Both the position numbers and the translations under genes were made by a program. DNA of 63,850 nt, filler included, from Folioceros fuciformis (lineage: Eukaryota), in the NCBI GenBank assembly GCA_049999805.1. It is 12 parts of 12 records of this genome, joined end to end, with 100 filler letters (N's around TTAATTAATTAA, not from the genome) between each part and the next. Parts side by side here need not be neighbours in the genome. Positions count along the whole stretch, not along the records: positions 1 to 26,518 come from JBNGIO010004891.1; 11 more parts are not named here. One strand, given 5' to 3'. Below, piece by piece: positions 10,156 to 21,608 of this stretch; position 1 is the stretch's first letter; each line of letters starts with the position of its first letter. The notes under the pieces were generated by a model, which had not been told where the DNA came from, did no database searches, and was given only the letters and a program-made list of their open reading frames with translations.

Positions 10156-11307
10156 TACTGCAAGGTTGACCTTTGGCTTGGTGACAACCACAGGTGTTGG
10201 AGCTTGTGCAGCGAGTAGTAGAGAGGGTTGAGATGACATTGTTGTATATTGAGAAGAGGAAATAGAAGAGTCCACCAAGGTTGGGAGGTCCATTGTTCTT
10301 CAATGAAAAAAATTGAACCAAACAAGGAAAACTTGCAATAGGCCCAAGCCCAAGTTGCAAGCAAGGCAAGCGGCATGCGGAGAGGACAACCTGCAAGCAA
10401 GGATGGCCTAAGAACAACAATGTGAGCAACTCAATTCTCGCAGGGTCGCAATGGAGGTGGGCTGCAAGAAAGGTAGGTTGCAAAGAAGGCGGGCTGCAAT
10501 GGAGGTGGGCTACAAACAAGGCAGGGTGCGATGGAGGAGGGCTTTCTTGTGAAAGACTATCCGATACTTGCGAACATATGGGATCGGTGTTCCCATGACG
10601 GGAAGACTGACCTAATATGTACAATGGTCATAATGAATAAGACTTACTAAAATGGTAAATGGTTCGTCGACAACAGTTGTAGACAGAAACTTCCGTTTGC
10701 GGATGTTGCCGACGAACCACCTTAAAAACAAGGTTATCCGGTATATAAGGGATGGACGGAGCATGCCACAAACGCAATGTAAACACTACTAGAGATTTTG
10801 CATAAGGAGCGACTCACGAGAGCTTGCTCCTAGTATTAGAGCTAGTGTAATTTAGCTTTGAGCATAAAATAAATAGTCACTAAAAGAGTAAAGGAAGCAT
10901 AAGAATAAAAAGAGGCTTAGTCTTGCTCTACTAAGAGCATTTCCTATGCTCTAAGAACACTTAGTGCTAAGAGAGCTTAGGATGTGAGAACCTCTTAAGG
11001 TGTGTGCTTTGAGAGAGCTTTTGTGGAGAGAGCGAAGTGGAGAGAGAGTTAAGGCAAAGATCGGAGTTCTCTCTAATCTTTGATGTGTTCTTGTTAACCC
11101 GTGGAGAATTCCCCTCTTCCTATGTGTTCACTCATAGAGAACTCCCATCCTTCTCTCTGCTCTTATTAACTCATGGTTGAGTAACAAAGAGCAGTAAGAG
11201 TGCTATAAGCCGTCCTCTCATAGTTGCTTATGGTTAGTCTATGATCCTCCTCTCTTAGCTGCTAACTATGAGTCTTCCAAGGACAGGAGGATGGGCTATT
11301 TGAAGGC

Positions 11308-11560
11308 CTAATGCTGGTGATTGGTGTCCTTAGTAGTCTAGTGTTGGTGATTGGTGTCCTTAGTAGCCTTAGTAGTTGAATGCTGGTATGCTGTGTTCTT
11401 AGTAGCCTAGTGTTGGTATATTGTGTTCTTAGTAGCCTAGTGTTGGTATATGGTGTCCTTAGTATCCGAGTGCTAGTGTCTAGTGTTGGTGTCTATTGTC
11501 CTTCGTAGACTAATGCTGGTGTTTTGTCCCTAGTGACTTAGTAGCTTAGTGCTAGTGTTT
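11308..11560. repeat. Degenerate ~30-bp tandem array inside an LTR-like segment (about 10778-11610)
   Basis: Repeated CTAGTGTTGGT(G)ATTG(G)TGTCCTTAGTAGC units. Confidence 0.75.
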
Positions 11561-12098
11561 GTTGTTTGGTGTTTCTCATTTAGGAGAGCTCTCTTGGAAT
11601 AATGTCAGCATACTTAATCTGAAAATTTTAAAAAATAATAGTAATTTAAGATATTTAATCTAAAAGCTTTCTACAACAAAATTTAAATGATGTAAGATAT
11701 TGAATCTATTTTTAAATAATTTGATAAATTAATATTAAACCTTTTTAAAACAAAAATGAGATAATTTAGTGTTTTTCTAGCAATGAGAAACAAGATTTAG
11801 ATCGATTAGTCTTCTCCTTGCACTAAGTTTGATAATTTTACTAATTACAATTTTTCTTGACTTGTGCAAATATATATTGTGGGTTACCATCGGCTCCTGC
11901 TCATTGGAAACTTGAGGCCACGGACTCCAACCCACACAGATTGATTGGCTGATGTGTAGGAGGGTTATGATTATGTTATCAATTATTTACAACCAAATTA
12001 AATTTTTGACATGCCTTAAAGGCTGGAGTCACTATCCACATTCCAGAGTGCTGACTAAAAATTTAAAGCACCCCACACAATTTCCTCCAGAGTACTGA

Positions 12099-14950
12099 CT
12101 ACAAATTTATGGCACCACACACAAGTTCCTCCACATAATCGGCAAGCACAAAGTCATAGATTTCCCTCAATCGCACTAACGCCCGTTCCCTCTCCTTATC
12201 GGATGGATTCTCAAGCTGAAAGTTGCTCTTTATGAACTGCTCAAATCCTGACCTGGCTTCGAACTGCAGTCACACACACAAGACTTCAGCAGTGAGTTTC
12301 GAAAAAGTTGACGATGCGATATGTCTGCGAACTGAATGGAAGCTGCAAACACTCTTGTCCCGAGAAGAACTGTTTTTAAAGATCCCAATGGCGGGTATTA
12401 CTGGCAACTCATTTAGAGTGTTGGCATGCTGATCAGCTAGCCTTGCACTGATATACCGAGGGCAATTGCTTGTTCTGCCTTCAATAATTTGCATAATAAG
12501 ACACAACAATATATCAACACATACGATTATCTATCAGCCCTACAGTCTTAAGAGAAAGCGAAGAATTTCGTACTGCAAAGGTAGTAGAAGTGAGACAACT
12601 ACAACAAATACAATGACCATCAGTGAAGGGAGCACAAACTGCATAGTGCATGATCTGACGACCCATATTCTGCGTTGGGCAACAGCCACAAAACAAACCT
12701 AGCTGTGTAGGAACACCAAAAGCACCAACTATGAGCAGCCTAGACTCCTAGACGCGTTACCTGAGCACGACCTCCAGCATCATAGGACGCCCTCGCAAGG
12801 CCACTCAAGTCAACTTCATGACTGACTACTTGTAGTTTCCCTGTCGGCACCTGCTTGCCCTTCGTGCGCAAATACTCATACACCGTCCTTACGCAGAAAC
12901 GGTCGTCTTCCACAAGCTGTGCTCCTGTCACTTCACAAGAGTGATGGCAAATTACTGGCAGGCCCACTCCATAACTAGCACAGTTCAGTATCTGAGTTAG
13001 TAATAGTGCAGAAGTAACGCAAATCTCTCAATTTTATCCCTTTAGCAGGATAAGAGAGTATGAAAATTCAAAATTCTGTTCAGGCGTGAAAACGTTCTCA
13101 AAATCTGTCAGCTGCAGTCCAGAGTGGCAAAAAGGGTGAGACAACGGTATCCCTTTAAGCCAAGGACCTGCACCATTGATAGCCAGCCAAGCATTCATCA
13201 TCAATAGGTCACCCGCCATTGAAAGTTGTCCCCAAACCCCGAACTTGAAAGACAGCCGACACACATGGAAACATCCCACGGCAGAGTGCTATTCAGGAAG
13301 GCAGTGCCTTGTCCCAGTTCATAAGCTGTGAGATTACCTCCAAGCCCCATCTTCTATTTCCAGCCTTGCTGCAGGGACGACAAGGTCAGACTTACAAGCA
13401 TGGGAATGCTGGTGGCCGTGCCCATGGCCTGACTCAATCGAGGCCAGTTCTCGATCCTGTGCATCAGTCCAGCCCGGTTCATATGCTTCTAGGAAGGCCT
13501 GCTTAGCCTTGTTAGGCAGGTCGTGAGGATGTACGAAGGGTACCCCAGGAGGCCATCCCATCTCCACTCTCATACCAGAACACGGGCTATCCATAGAGTT
13601 AATATGCTGCTCTTCACACTCTTTGAAATTACAAAACTTGATCTTCAGGCCCTTCGTATCAGCAATCTCTTGCACTCTTTCTTTTAGAACTCTTTGAGCC
13701 TCCAAGCGCAATTGCTTGGAGGGAGCTAACGGTTTGCCTCTCGATACCTGCTTCCTCCGCTTCATTGCTGAGGCCTTCAGGGTACCTGCAGGTAAACCTT
13801 CCAGACCAACTATTTGATTGTCAGTGAGCAATCAACTCTATGCGGACTATCAAAGAAACATTAGCAACATGAGACAGTGCACGGTTTGGCACATACTTTC
13901 GGTTGGCGGTGGGAAAGCAAAACTTGATACACCCGACCGGGCCATGAGCTGCTCCATCGAGTGTGTCCTCTGCATGAACTCCTGGACAGCTAGAGGTGTT
14001 GAATATGGACTTCCAACATTATGTCCTGCAGCAGTCATTGGCCCGCAATGTAAGATTGCGGTTGCCCGTGGCATCAACTTGAAGGAAATGTAGCACCTCC
14101 CAAATATGTTCTCGTGACCCCCAAGTGTCTCTGTTTTGTGTAATGCCGGCAACAAGTACCCAGCAGTCGCCTGGAACAGCGTCAGGCCGGAATATAACAC
14201 CATTTCGTGAGGTCCCAAGTCAGCATCCACCAGCGTCCACCTTCCCTGTAAGTCGCGAATTTGAAGGCCAGGTTTGTCCGATTTCATGAGGGTGAGCAGG
14301 CCCTTGTCTACTTGAGGTTCAGGATCGTCATACAGAGGCATGTGGCTCTCCTGTCCAGGAAGTGCATGGAGCCCATGGGAAGAATGGACTCCAGGCCTAC
14401 CATAACAGCAGGCTGAAAGAACAGATGTCGAAACCTCTCCAGGCCGTAGGGGCACATTATCCAGGAGCTCAGTGAAAGAAAAGCTCCTGAGCTCGAGTGA
14501 GCAAGCAATGGCATCCAGCAGACTACGGGCAGCCTTGCCTAAGAAGGCAAAGAGTTCTGGCAAGCCAAAAGGGGCAAGCTCCGCTCCACTCGTAGCCTCG
14601 ACTGAACTTCTTCCAGGTCTGTAATCGAAAAGTTCCCTCATATGCTGGGGTTCTGCAAAATAACCAGCCGTGCGATTCCAGTCCTGAGGGTCCTCCGAAT
14701 GCACACTTTCGGCACCTGGTGGCGCTCGATGATGGAAAAACATCCTCACAGAATCCAGAACACAACGCAACAACACGTCATCTCCCGGAGTGAGTTGAAT
14801 CACCACAGCATTGAATCTTTGCAGTGACTGAGAGAGTATTGACACAGCATTCCGATATTGTTCCGTCTGTAGTCCATCAACAGCGACTATGTCCGCAAGC
14901 CGCACCCGGCCCACAGTTGACATGCCTTGCCCTCCCAGAGACACAGCCAT
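12099..14950 (-). CDS. 2OG-Fe(II) dioxygenase-fold protein (Arabidopsis At3g12940-like family, from memory) with NLS-like KRRK and C-terminal ARID-like domain; about 600 aa
   Basis: Exons 14950-13897, 13785-13396, 12954-12761, 12263-12099, all GT-AG and in frame. Family motifs GRVRLADI, VDKGLLTL..SDKPGLQIRD..GRW, LRLEAQRVLKERVQ, GWPPGVPFVHPHDLPNKAK. Exons 1-2 are secure; exons 3-4 are inferred. Confidence 0.85.
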
Positions 14951-17129
14951 TGCTCGCCCATGCAACAAGCCAAAACGTAGTAGAAGTGTTTGCAGAGTAA
15001 TCTCCGGCCACCACCAGCAGAAGTTGTCTGCTGTCTCTCCAGTGGCTCAAATGCTGCTGCCAATCTTATTCATACAGGGATGACACACCTTCTTGCTGTC
15101 ACGGAGAGTTTCCCCGTGCGAGAATGTGAGCAACAGACTTGTCCGACACCCACACATCAGCGGTTCAATTTCCGCCCTCCGTATGATAGCGTAAAAGCAG
15201 CAGCACGAGAAGCTCACGCGCCAGCTATTCCCCCTGCCAAATCGATGAGGCAGAAGATGATCTGGTGTTAGGGAGCTCTAGGTCACGCAATCCCACGTTC
15301 AGTCAAGCACCAGTGGCAACCTAGCCACGACGGCAGGGCAGGCAACAGCGTAGTCCCAACCAAGCCATACTCGACATACCATCCACAAACACGAAGTCAC
15401 ACACAGAGTGGCAACAAGATGACCATGAGAAAGCATTTCTTGGACAACATCGACTGCAAACGCGTCATTAAACCATGGCTGCCCTCCTAGTCCTCCCCAT
15501 CCCGCAACACCGACACGAGATCGAAGGTGAACGTCATCAACCCCAGTCCAGCAACTCACTCGTGCTCATCCGACGAATTGTCTCCTTCCGACTCTATGAC
15601 CTCCATGGACTGCCCGACGCGGAAGCAAAGGCGGCGGCGGGCATACAGCCTCTTGCACCCGGCTAGAATCAGCTCTGAGCCAGCTCGCCCAGCTGAGAGC
15701 GAGCCGGACGCTGGCGTTGCCGGTGCAGAGCAAGCCTGAAGACAGGCGTGGTCCCAATTCCACCTGCCATGAGCAATTCAAGACGAGCAAAGCGCAAGAA
15801 CCAGGGCACGATGCGAGGCGTCGCCTGGCGTGAGGGCTGCGCCGAAGAGGGGGAAACGGGAGATTGGCCCAGATGGATCTGGGGCCTGGGGCTAGGAAGG
15901 GAGGAGAGGCGATGAGGAAACGAAGGAGGGAAAGAGAAAAAAGGAAAAACGGAGAAGGGAAGTCGGGCCCTGTTGTCTTTGCTAAGGGCTAACGCGAGAT
16001 GCAAAATTGGAGAGGATGCCAAATTAGAAACCTGCTCCAGGACGTGGTGGTCATGTCCACATTGTTGGTGCGATTGTGCAGGTCACCGAGTGGGCGGGCA
16101 AGGTTTCCGGCTCGGCCCTTCCTGGCATGCTCTGCCTGCTGTTTACAGAAGCTTTGATTACCCGCTCATTGCACCGCACTTCCTTTTACCTCTAGCGTAC
16201 GCGGAGCCTTTAGGTGGAAAAAGGGATTGAGAAGGAAACTCACCCACCGACCCGAGAGACAGTAGAGAGCCTAAAAGAGAGGAGTCGAGGCGAGAGCAGA
16301 AGTCACTCATTCAATGCAAACCCATGGCCGGTTTCAAATTGGAAGCTGCAGTCATGAATGGGCTGGCTGTACATCGGTTGCAACGAGAATGGGTTTTCCT
16401 ATTGCGTGGGCCATGCACAACACCCAACAGCCAGAGCCAGCACCCAACGGGCAACGGCAACACAGTGACTTGTGTACAGGGATCCACTTTTGACTGTCTC
16501 CTCTAACGACAATCCCTCGCTTCCTTCCCCGTTCGGCTGTGGTAACCATTACCCTTCTGCCGTGTTGCCAGGAGGTCTAGTGGATGAGGGACTGCCTGGC
16601 CCCTGCCCTGCTGGTGCGTGCATGCCCGCATCTTCTTATACATGCGTGTACTATGGCTGGTTTGTATGTCGTACTTTGTTCGCCGCAGCACGTTGGGTTA
16701 CCTGGAGCTGTGGGCTAGATCTCTGGAGGTGCAGTACAGCCAAATTCGACAGTGTGGCAGCGACACTGTTCAGATCACTCGTGCCTGTCGGTGCCTTAAA
16801 GGGAGTTTGCCAGTCCGAGATAATGTTGTCTCTGAGGTATGTATGTATGCTTGCCTCTCTCTGCTAGCACAGAGCAAGGAGGCCAAAGTCGTGTATCTTT
16901 ATTCGGAATCCCCAGAGAGTGATAAAGAAATGTTACCAAAGTCGAAACAATCACGGAAGAATGTACACCTCCCTTCCAGGAGAAGGAAGGGAAAAGCAGC
17001 CTGGCAACGAGTTGCATCCACGGCTTGGCGGCTAAGTAGATACAAATGGCCCTCAGGGCCTCACAGCCATGACATTCCACGACATGACCTGCACACCAGC
17101 TGTACCCACTCCGCTCCTCTCCTTCCGGC

Positions 17130-17894
17130 TCACCGCTTGACCCGGCACTTCTTGGAAAGCAGACTTGGCCCCCCAGGGCTTCCAGGTGGAGAGATGACCA
17201 GGTCACAATCCACCCGGACCCAGAAGGCAAAGCTCTTCCACGATCCCACCTTCACTCTGGCTTTCACCCGAACTTGAGCCTTGATGGGCAGGCTGGCATT
17301 GGCGATGTCCGACAGCAGGCTCGTTGATATGCTCGGGTCGAGAGGCAAAGACGGGTTGTCCAGCTGTATGTTGAGTACGGTGATGTTCCGATGGCCTTGG
17401 TAGAAGCTGGGAACCGTCTGGTCTCCTATGGGAATCCCTTTGTAGAACAGGTTGATCCGAATACTGTCGTAGTAGATGCCAATCTTGGAATTGGGATTGT
17501 TGGCCTCCACATTGAAGATGAAGTTATAGTCAAGGCGAGGCGGAGGCGGCAACAGAACCGGAGCCAGCGCGTTGATCTCCACATTCTGCACCGAGTACTG
17601 CGGAGCCTTGGGCCGAAGCACCAGCCACACTACCAGGGCACCGATGCCTAGCAGGACCGCAATCGTCACCAGAGTGGTGCACAGCCAGCAGCAGCATTTC
17701 CGGCAAAATCTTCCCCCCTTCTTCTTACGGTTCCGTTCCCGATGCTGGGTTGCCGGGACAGGCAACGGAGAGCTGTCCTTCAGAGCCCGAGGGTCCTTGA
17801 TGTGATGGTAGGGCGGCCCGCTGCCGTCGTAGCGATGCGGAATCACTGACATATCCTCCTCGGGAAAGATGCGCTCGCCGGAGCCTCTACTCAT
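17130..17894 (-). CDS. NHL: NDR1/HIN1-like (LEA_2 domain) membrane protein, single coding exon
   Basis: CCCW followed by a TM helix, LVLRPKAPQYSV, NPNSKIGIYYD, PSFYQGHRN, C-terminal V.CDL...C.V. Confidence 0.93.
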   Translation of the reverse strand: MSRGSGERIFPEEDMSVIPHRYDGSGPPYHHIKDPRALKDSSPLPVPATQHRERNRKKKGGRFCRKCCCWLCTTLVTIAVLLGIGALVVWLVLRPKAPQYSVQNVEINALAPVLLPPPPRLDYNFIFNVEANNPNSKIGIYYDSIRINLFYKGIPIGDQTVPSFYQGHRNITVLNIQLDNPSLPLDPSISTSLLSDIANASLPIKAQVRVKARVKVGSWKSFAFWVRVDCDLVISPPGSPGGPSLLSKKCRVKR

Positions 17895-18329
17895 GAGTCC
17901 TCAACGCCAATACTCCTGCCCCTCGCACGGTCCTGTCCCCTCAATGATCCCTGAGTAAGCTGATCCTCCGGGAGCCCTCTTCAATCCTGACCTCCTCACG
18001 ACGTCAATTGAAGATGTGGCAAACCCGAGAAGACCTGTGCTAGAATACGAAACGAGGAGCAACCTATCCCCTCCGTGATCAGCTGTATCAAGATAGGCTG
18101 AGGAGAAGGAGGAGCGATCTTGGAGGAGACTTGCCGCTGGGAGACAACACGAGCGTGGAACTTTTGAGGGGCGGGTGATCTAATCTGGACGAACACTGGC
18201 GATGACAAAGGAATGAAAACTCTGAAATCACACGCAGGGTGACCTTAGGTCGGGTGCAAGAAGGGCCCACGGATACGAAAGCGGAAACAAAAGCGCGGAG
18301 CTTAAAACCGATGAGATTCCAGTTGTTGT

Positions 18330-18373
18330 CGCTGCTGTCCCTGCTCCTGCTGCTGCTGCTGCTACTGCTGCTG
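18330..18373. repeat. Imperfect (CTG)n microsatellite between NHL and ERV1
   Basis: GCTGCTGTCCCTGCTCCTGCTGCTGCTGCTGCTACTGCTGCTG. Confidence 0.8.
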
Positions 18374-18596
18374 GTGCGGCCACTAGTGGTGCGGAGGAGG
18401 AAGACGGCAGGACTCGTTCGTGGCGAATTTGAGACAGGATCGCAAGGCTGCGGAGCCGGCAACACGGTCCCACCAAGTAAGCGCGTTTTCACGTCTCAGG
18501 TTTCCGTCCTTTCGGAGACTGTTAAACAATTTAGACGCGTGATAGACTAAGTCGGCATACGAGAGCTATCTTGGCAGCTTTCCGGTGGAGGAAACG

Positions 18597-20010
18597 ATGC
18601 AGCAGGGAAGGCCGGCACTCGATTTTGGGCGAGGGCTCCAGGAATTTGCGCACAGCGCGGGGGAGGTGTGGCGCAATTTCGCGCACTCTGTTTCTCGCGC
18701 TCTGGAATTGGACGAGGAGGCGGGGGAGAGATGNNNNNNNNNNNNNNNNNNNNNNNNNNNNNNNNNNNNNNNNNNNNNNNNNNNNNNNNNNNNNNNNNNN
18801 NNNNNNNNNNNNNNNNNNNNNNNNNNNNNNNNNTCTCCAGACGGGATCGGCAGCGGAGGCTTAGAGACGTCTCGGCAGTAGACGGCAGGCTGGTGCAGGA
18901 TGTGCAGGATGCGCGGGAGGCGCGGATTGTGGACGCGGAGAGGAGGAATGTGGGAGGGGAGGTGAGCCAGCAGCTGAGCTCTGTTTCCGCGGCGAGCGGG
19001 ATGGGGATGCTGGTGGTGCCGCAGGACGCGGAGGTGGAGGTGAGTTTGCTTGAATTGAGTAGGTTTGTTTTGTCTTTGGTGTGTGGGCATTGTCACGTCG
19101 CTCACGCGCTCTGGTTCTCTTGTGTGGCGTCAGTCGAGGTCGGGGAATGCGGTCAGTAAGGAGGAGCTGGGCCGCGCTACCTGGACTTTTCTGCACACGC
19201 TTGCCGCTCAGGTCCTAGTCAGTGCTTGTGCTGCTGAGTTGAGATGATGAGTTGTGAGTGATGATGGTGAGCTATGACGGGCTTGAGCAGCAGCGTCTCT
19301 CCACAGAAATCAGGTTGCCGATTCTGTCAGCTTGTCTTGTCTGCATCCTGCTTAGTGTTTCTGTCTGCTGCTACGTGACGGGTAGGGTTTTTCAAACCCT
19401 CATTGCCTCCTGCTCGTGTTTCATCAGTTTCCTGATAAGCCGACTCGACAGCAGCAGCGGGATGTGAAAGAACTGGTGAGTAGGGACATGCTGCTATGCT
19501 CGTCCAGTTTCATCATTGGTACGCGACTCTTCGCTGTGCTGACGAGGCCTTTCTAGGTGCTGACGTTTTCTGTTCTGTAGATGCTCATCTTGTCGAGGAT
19601 GTATCCTTGCAAAGTGTGCGCGGATCACTTCAAAGATGTGTTGAAGTAAAGGACCACTGTTTTCGCATGCGGCCTCTGCTTTCATTCGTGGTTTCCGGTC
19701 CTTCCGAGCTGACAACTTTTGTGTTCCTCTCAGAACGAATCCGGTACAGGCAGGGTCAGGGGCAGACCTCGCCCAGTGGATGTGTCGTGTCCACAACGTT
19801 GTGAACAGAAGGTACGAGCTTGGTGCTCTTTGTTTTGCGCCTGCTTTGTCGTCCAGTGCAAGTAGGATGTTTTGAGGGCCGCTGAAGCTTTGTCTTTTTC
19901 TCAGCTTAGGCAAGACTCAGTTTCCCTGTAGACGAGTAGACGCCCGATGGGGGGCGTTGGAGTGTGACGAGGGTGCCTGTGACTTGGAGGGTCGGATTTA
20001 CAGAAAGTAG
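18597..20010 (+). CDS. ERV1: FAD-linked sulfhydryl oxidase Erv1/ALR, plant type
   Basis: Exons 18597-19039 (spans an N gap), 19134-19211, 19428-19475, 19581-19645, 19734-19811, 19905-20010. Motifs KEELGRATWTFLHTLAAQ, redox YPCKVC, structural CX16C (WMCRVHNVVNRSLGKTQFPC), C-terminal shuttle CDEGAC. Confidence 0.95.
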
Positions 20011-20346
20011 ACGACAGTTCCTCTACAGATATACTCGGCTCATATAAATACTTCGACGAGTGCAGTGCAGTGCATCGTCCCTACCGCTTCACGTCTGGAC
20101 CTGTACACGATGTTACACTTCACGATTATTTAACATGTACATGACGTCGTTGTTTCGAGCGTCAATGTCCACCACTGCATCTCCAGGGAAGAAAGCGATC
20201 CGCTAAAGCCAAGAACTGGCTGGGTCTAGGCAGATCAGCAGCCGAGAGCAGGTCCATATGCTTCTGCAAGTCCATGCTTCACACTTTACAAGTTACGGCT
20301 ACTGGCAGCAGAAATGCGCGTCTGTACAGAACAATTCTACTGCTTC

Positions 20347-21189
20347 TCAAGCCCGGCCACCCGTGGACGTGTACGCGCCGCCTTCCTCATCGTAGTTGGT
20401 GAGGAAAAGACCCGTATGCAACGTCACGACTTTGAAGAGCTTCAACCCGGCCAGGATGATGACGAAAGCTTCCAGCACCCTCTGCAAGCACACCTCCATA
20501 CGATGAGGCTCGCCAGGCCCAACAAGCATTTATATCTTCACAAGAAGACAAATAATGCATCGACTCTCACCAGTCTGCGGTCCCGCTCGTCCTCAACAAG
20601 AAGAATTAATTCATCAACTCTTACCAGTCTGCGGTCCCGGCCACCCATTTGGATCTCCTTAGACGCAAACCTGCAGGACGTCGACACTCCAATCAGTCAA
20701 GTACGAGCCCCGCCCTCGGATTCGGGTTTGCATTCGGGTCCGAATGAGCTGTAATTCGAGAACTGATTCTGCAGCTGGGGATTTCCACAAATAATAAGCT
20801 ACGGACCCCAAGGCAAGAAGGGAGAGCATCAAGTCGATGAGCGCAGTGGCCGCCGCCGCTGCCAAACTGTCCTGCCGCCACAGGCGGAGGTGGTGAAGCG
20901 TGGCGAAGAGAGAAGCAGCTCCTACCACTCCAGAAATCAAGGCCATGAACAGCAAGAAGAGCGTCGCCGGGTTTCCTGAAGGTAGCCACCAATCCTACTC
21001 CTTCAGTCACCAGGACCTATTGCTGTGGAAGCTGCAAAGAAGGCGGCCAACAAAGGACTAACCGAAGAGAACTTCCGCATTGAAGTGTCGATTGATCCCC
21101 CAAGCAGATATGGCCAGCTCCACGCATGTCATCCAGAAAATGATAATGACCAGAGGCGTCAGCATGCCCCGGCCCAGCTGCATCGCCAT
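20347..21189 (-). CDS. PM19L: AWPM-19 / PM19L family membrane protein, 158 aa
   Basis: Exons 21189-21063, 20975-20807, 20670-20625, 20481-20347. Motifs GNPATLF, GVVGAAS, HHLRLWRQDSLAAAA, FASKEIQMGG, LRVLEAFVIIL. Confidence 0.9.
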
Positions 21190-21608
21190 CTTCACACCAC
21201 CGCTCCAATCCCTTCAATTGAGCTCAGCTCGCTTGTCAAAGTCTCCAACTTATCAACCTCACAATCCTGACGCCGCCGTGTTGAAAAACATTTGACGAGC
21301 AACAGCTCACGCAGGTAGCAAGTCTCCTCGGCTGCGTTCCAGACAATCTCATCCGCCGAGGCAACTTTGCAAAGCCAATTCTATTCGACCGCCCGCCGCC
21401 TTTTCCCGCCACATCACGAGCCTTCCTTTCCAGAAGCAGATGCTGGCCACCTGGACTGGTGACAAGCTTCAGTTCTGGCTTCCACACACGTCTTGCCCCG
21501 TCATCCAACAGACAAGCGATTCCATTTCCGTTTTGAATGACAATTAAACGAAACTGACAGCATATGGTCTACATGAATGTGACAGTCCCGCCAGTGGCCG
21601 ACGCCTGC

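Noticed and set aside
10778-11610. Solo LTR call
   Set aside because: TG...CA ends are present, but the inverted repeat is weak and there is no TSD; kept only as LTR-like.
12544-12702. Possible micro-exons (YEILRFLLR, LFCGCCP) in the last intron of the dioxygenase gene
   Set aside because: Including them breaks the ARID spacing obtained by direct splicing; they cannot be excluded as minor isoforms.
16324-17277. Overlapping 130-220 aa ORFs downstream of NHL
   Set aside because: No recognisable motif; partly antisense shadow of NHL and its 3' UTR.
18239-18550. Signal-peptide-like poly-Leu ORF
   Set aside because: Produced by the CTG microsatellite in the NHL/ERV1 promoter or UTR region.
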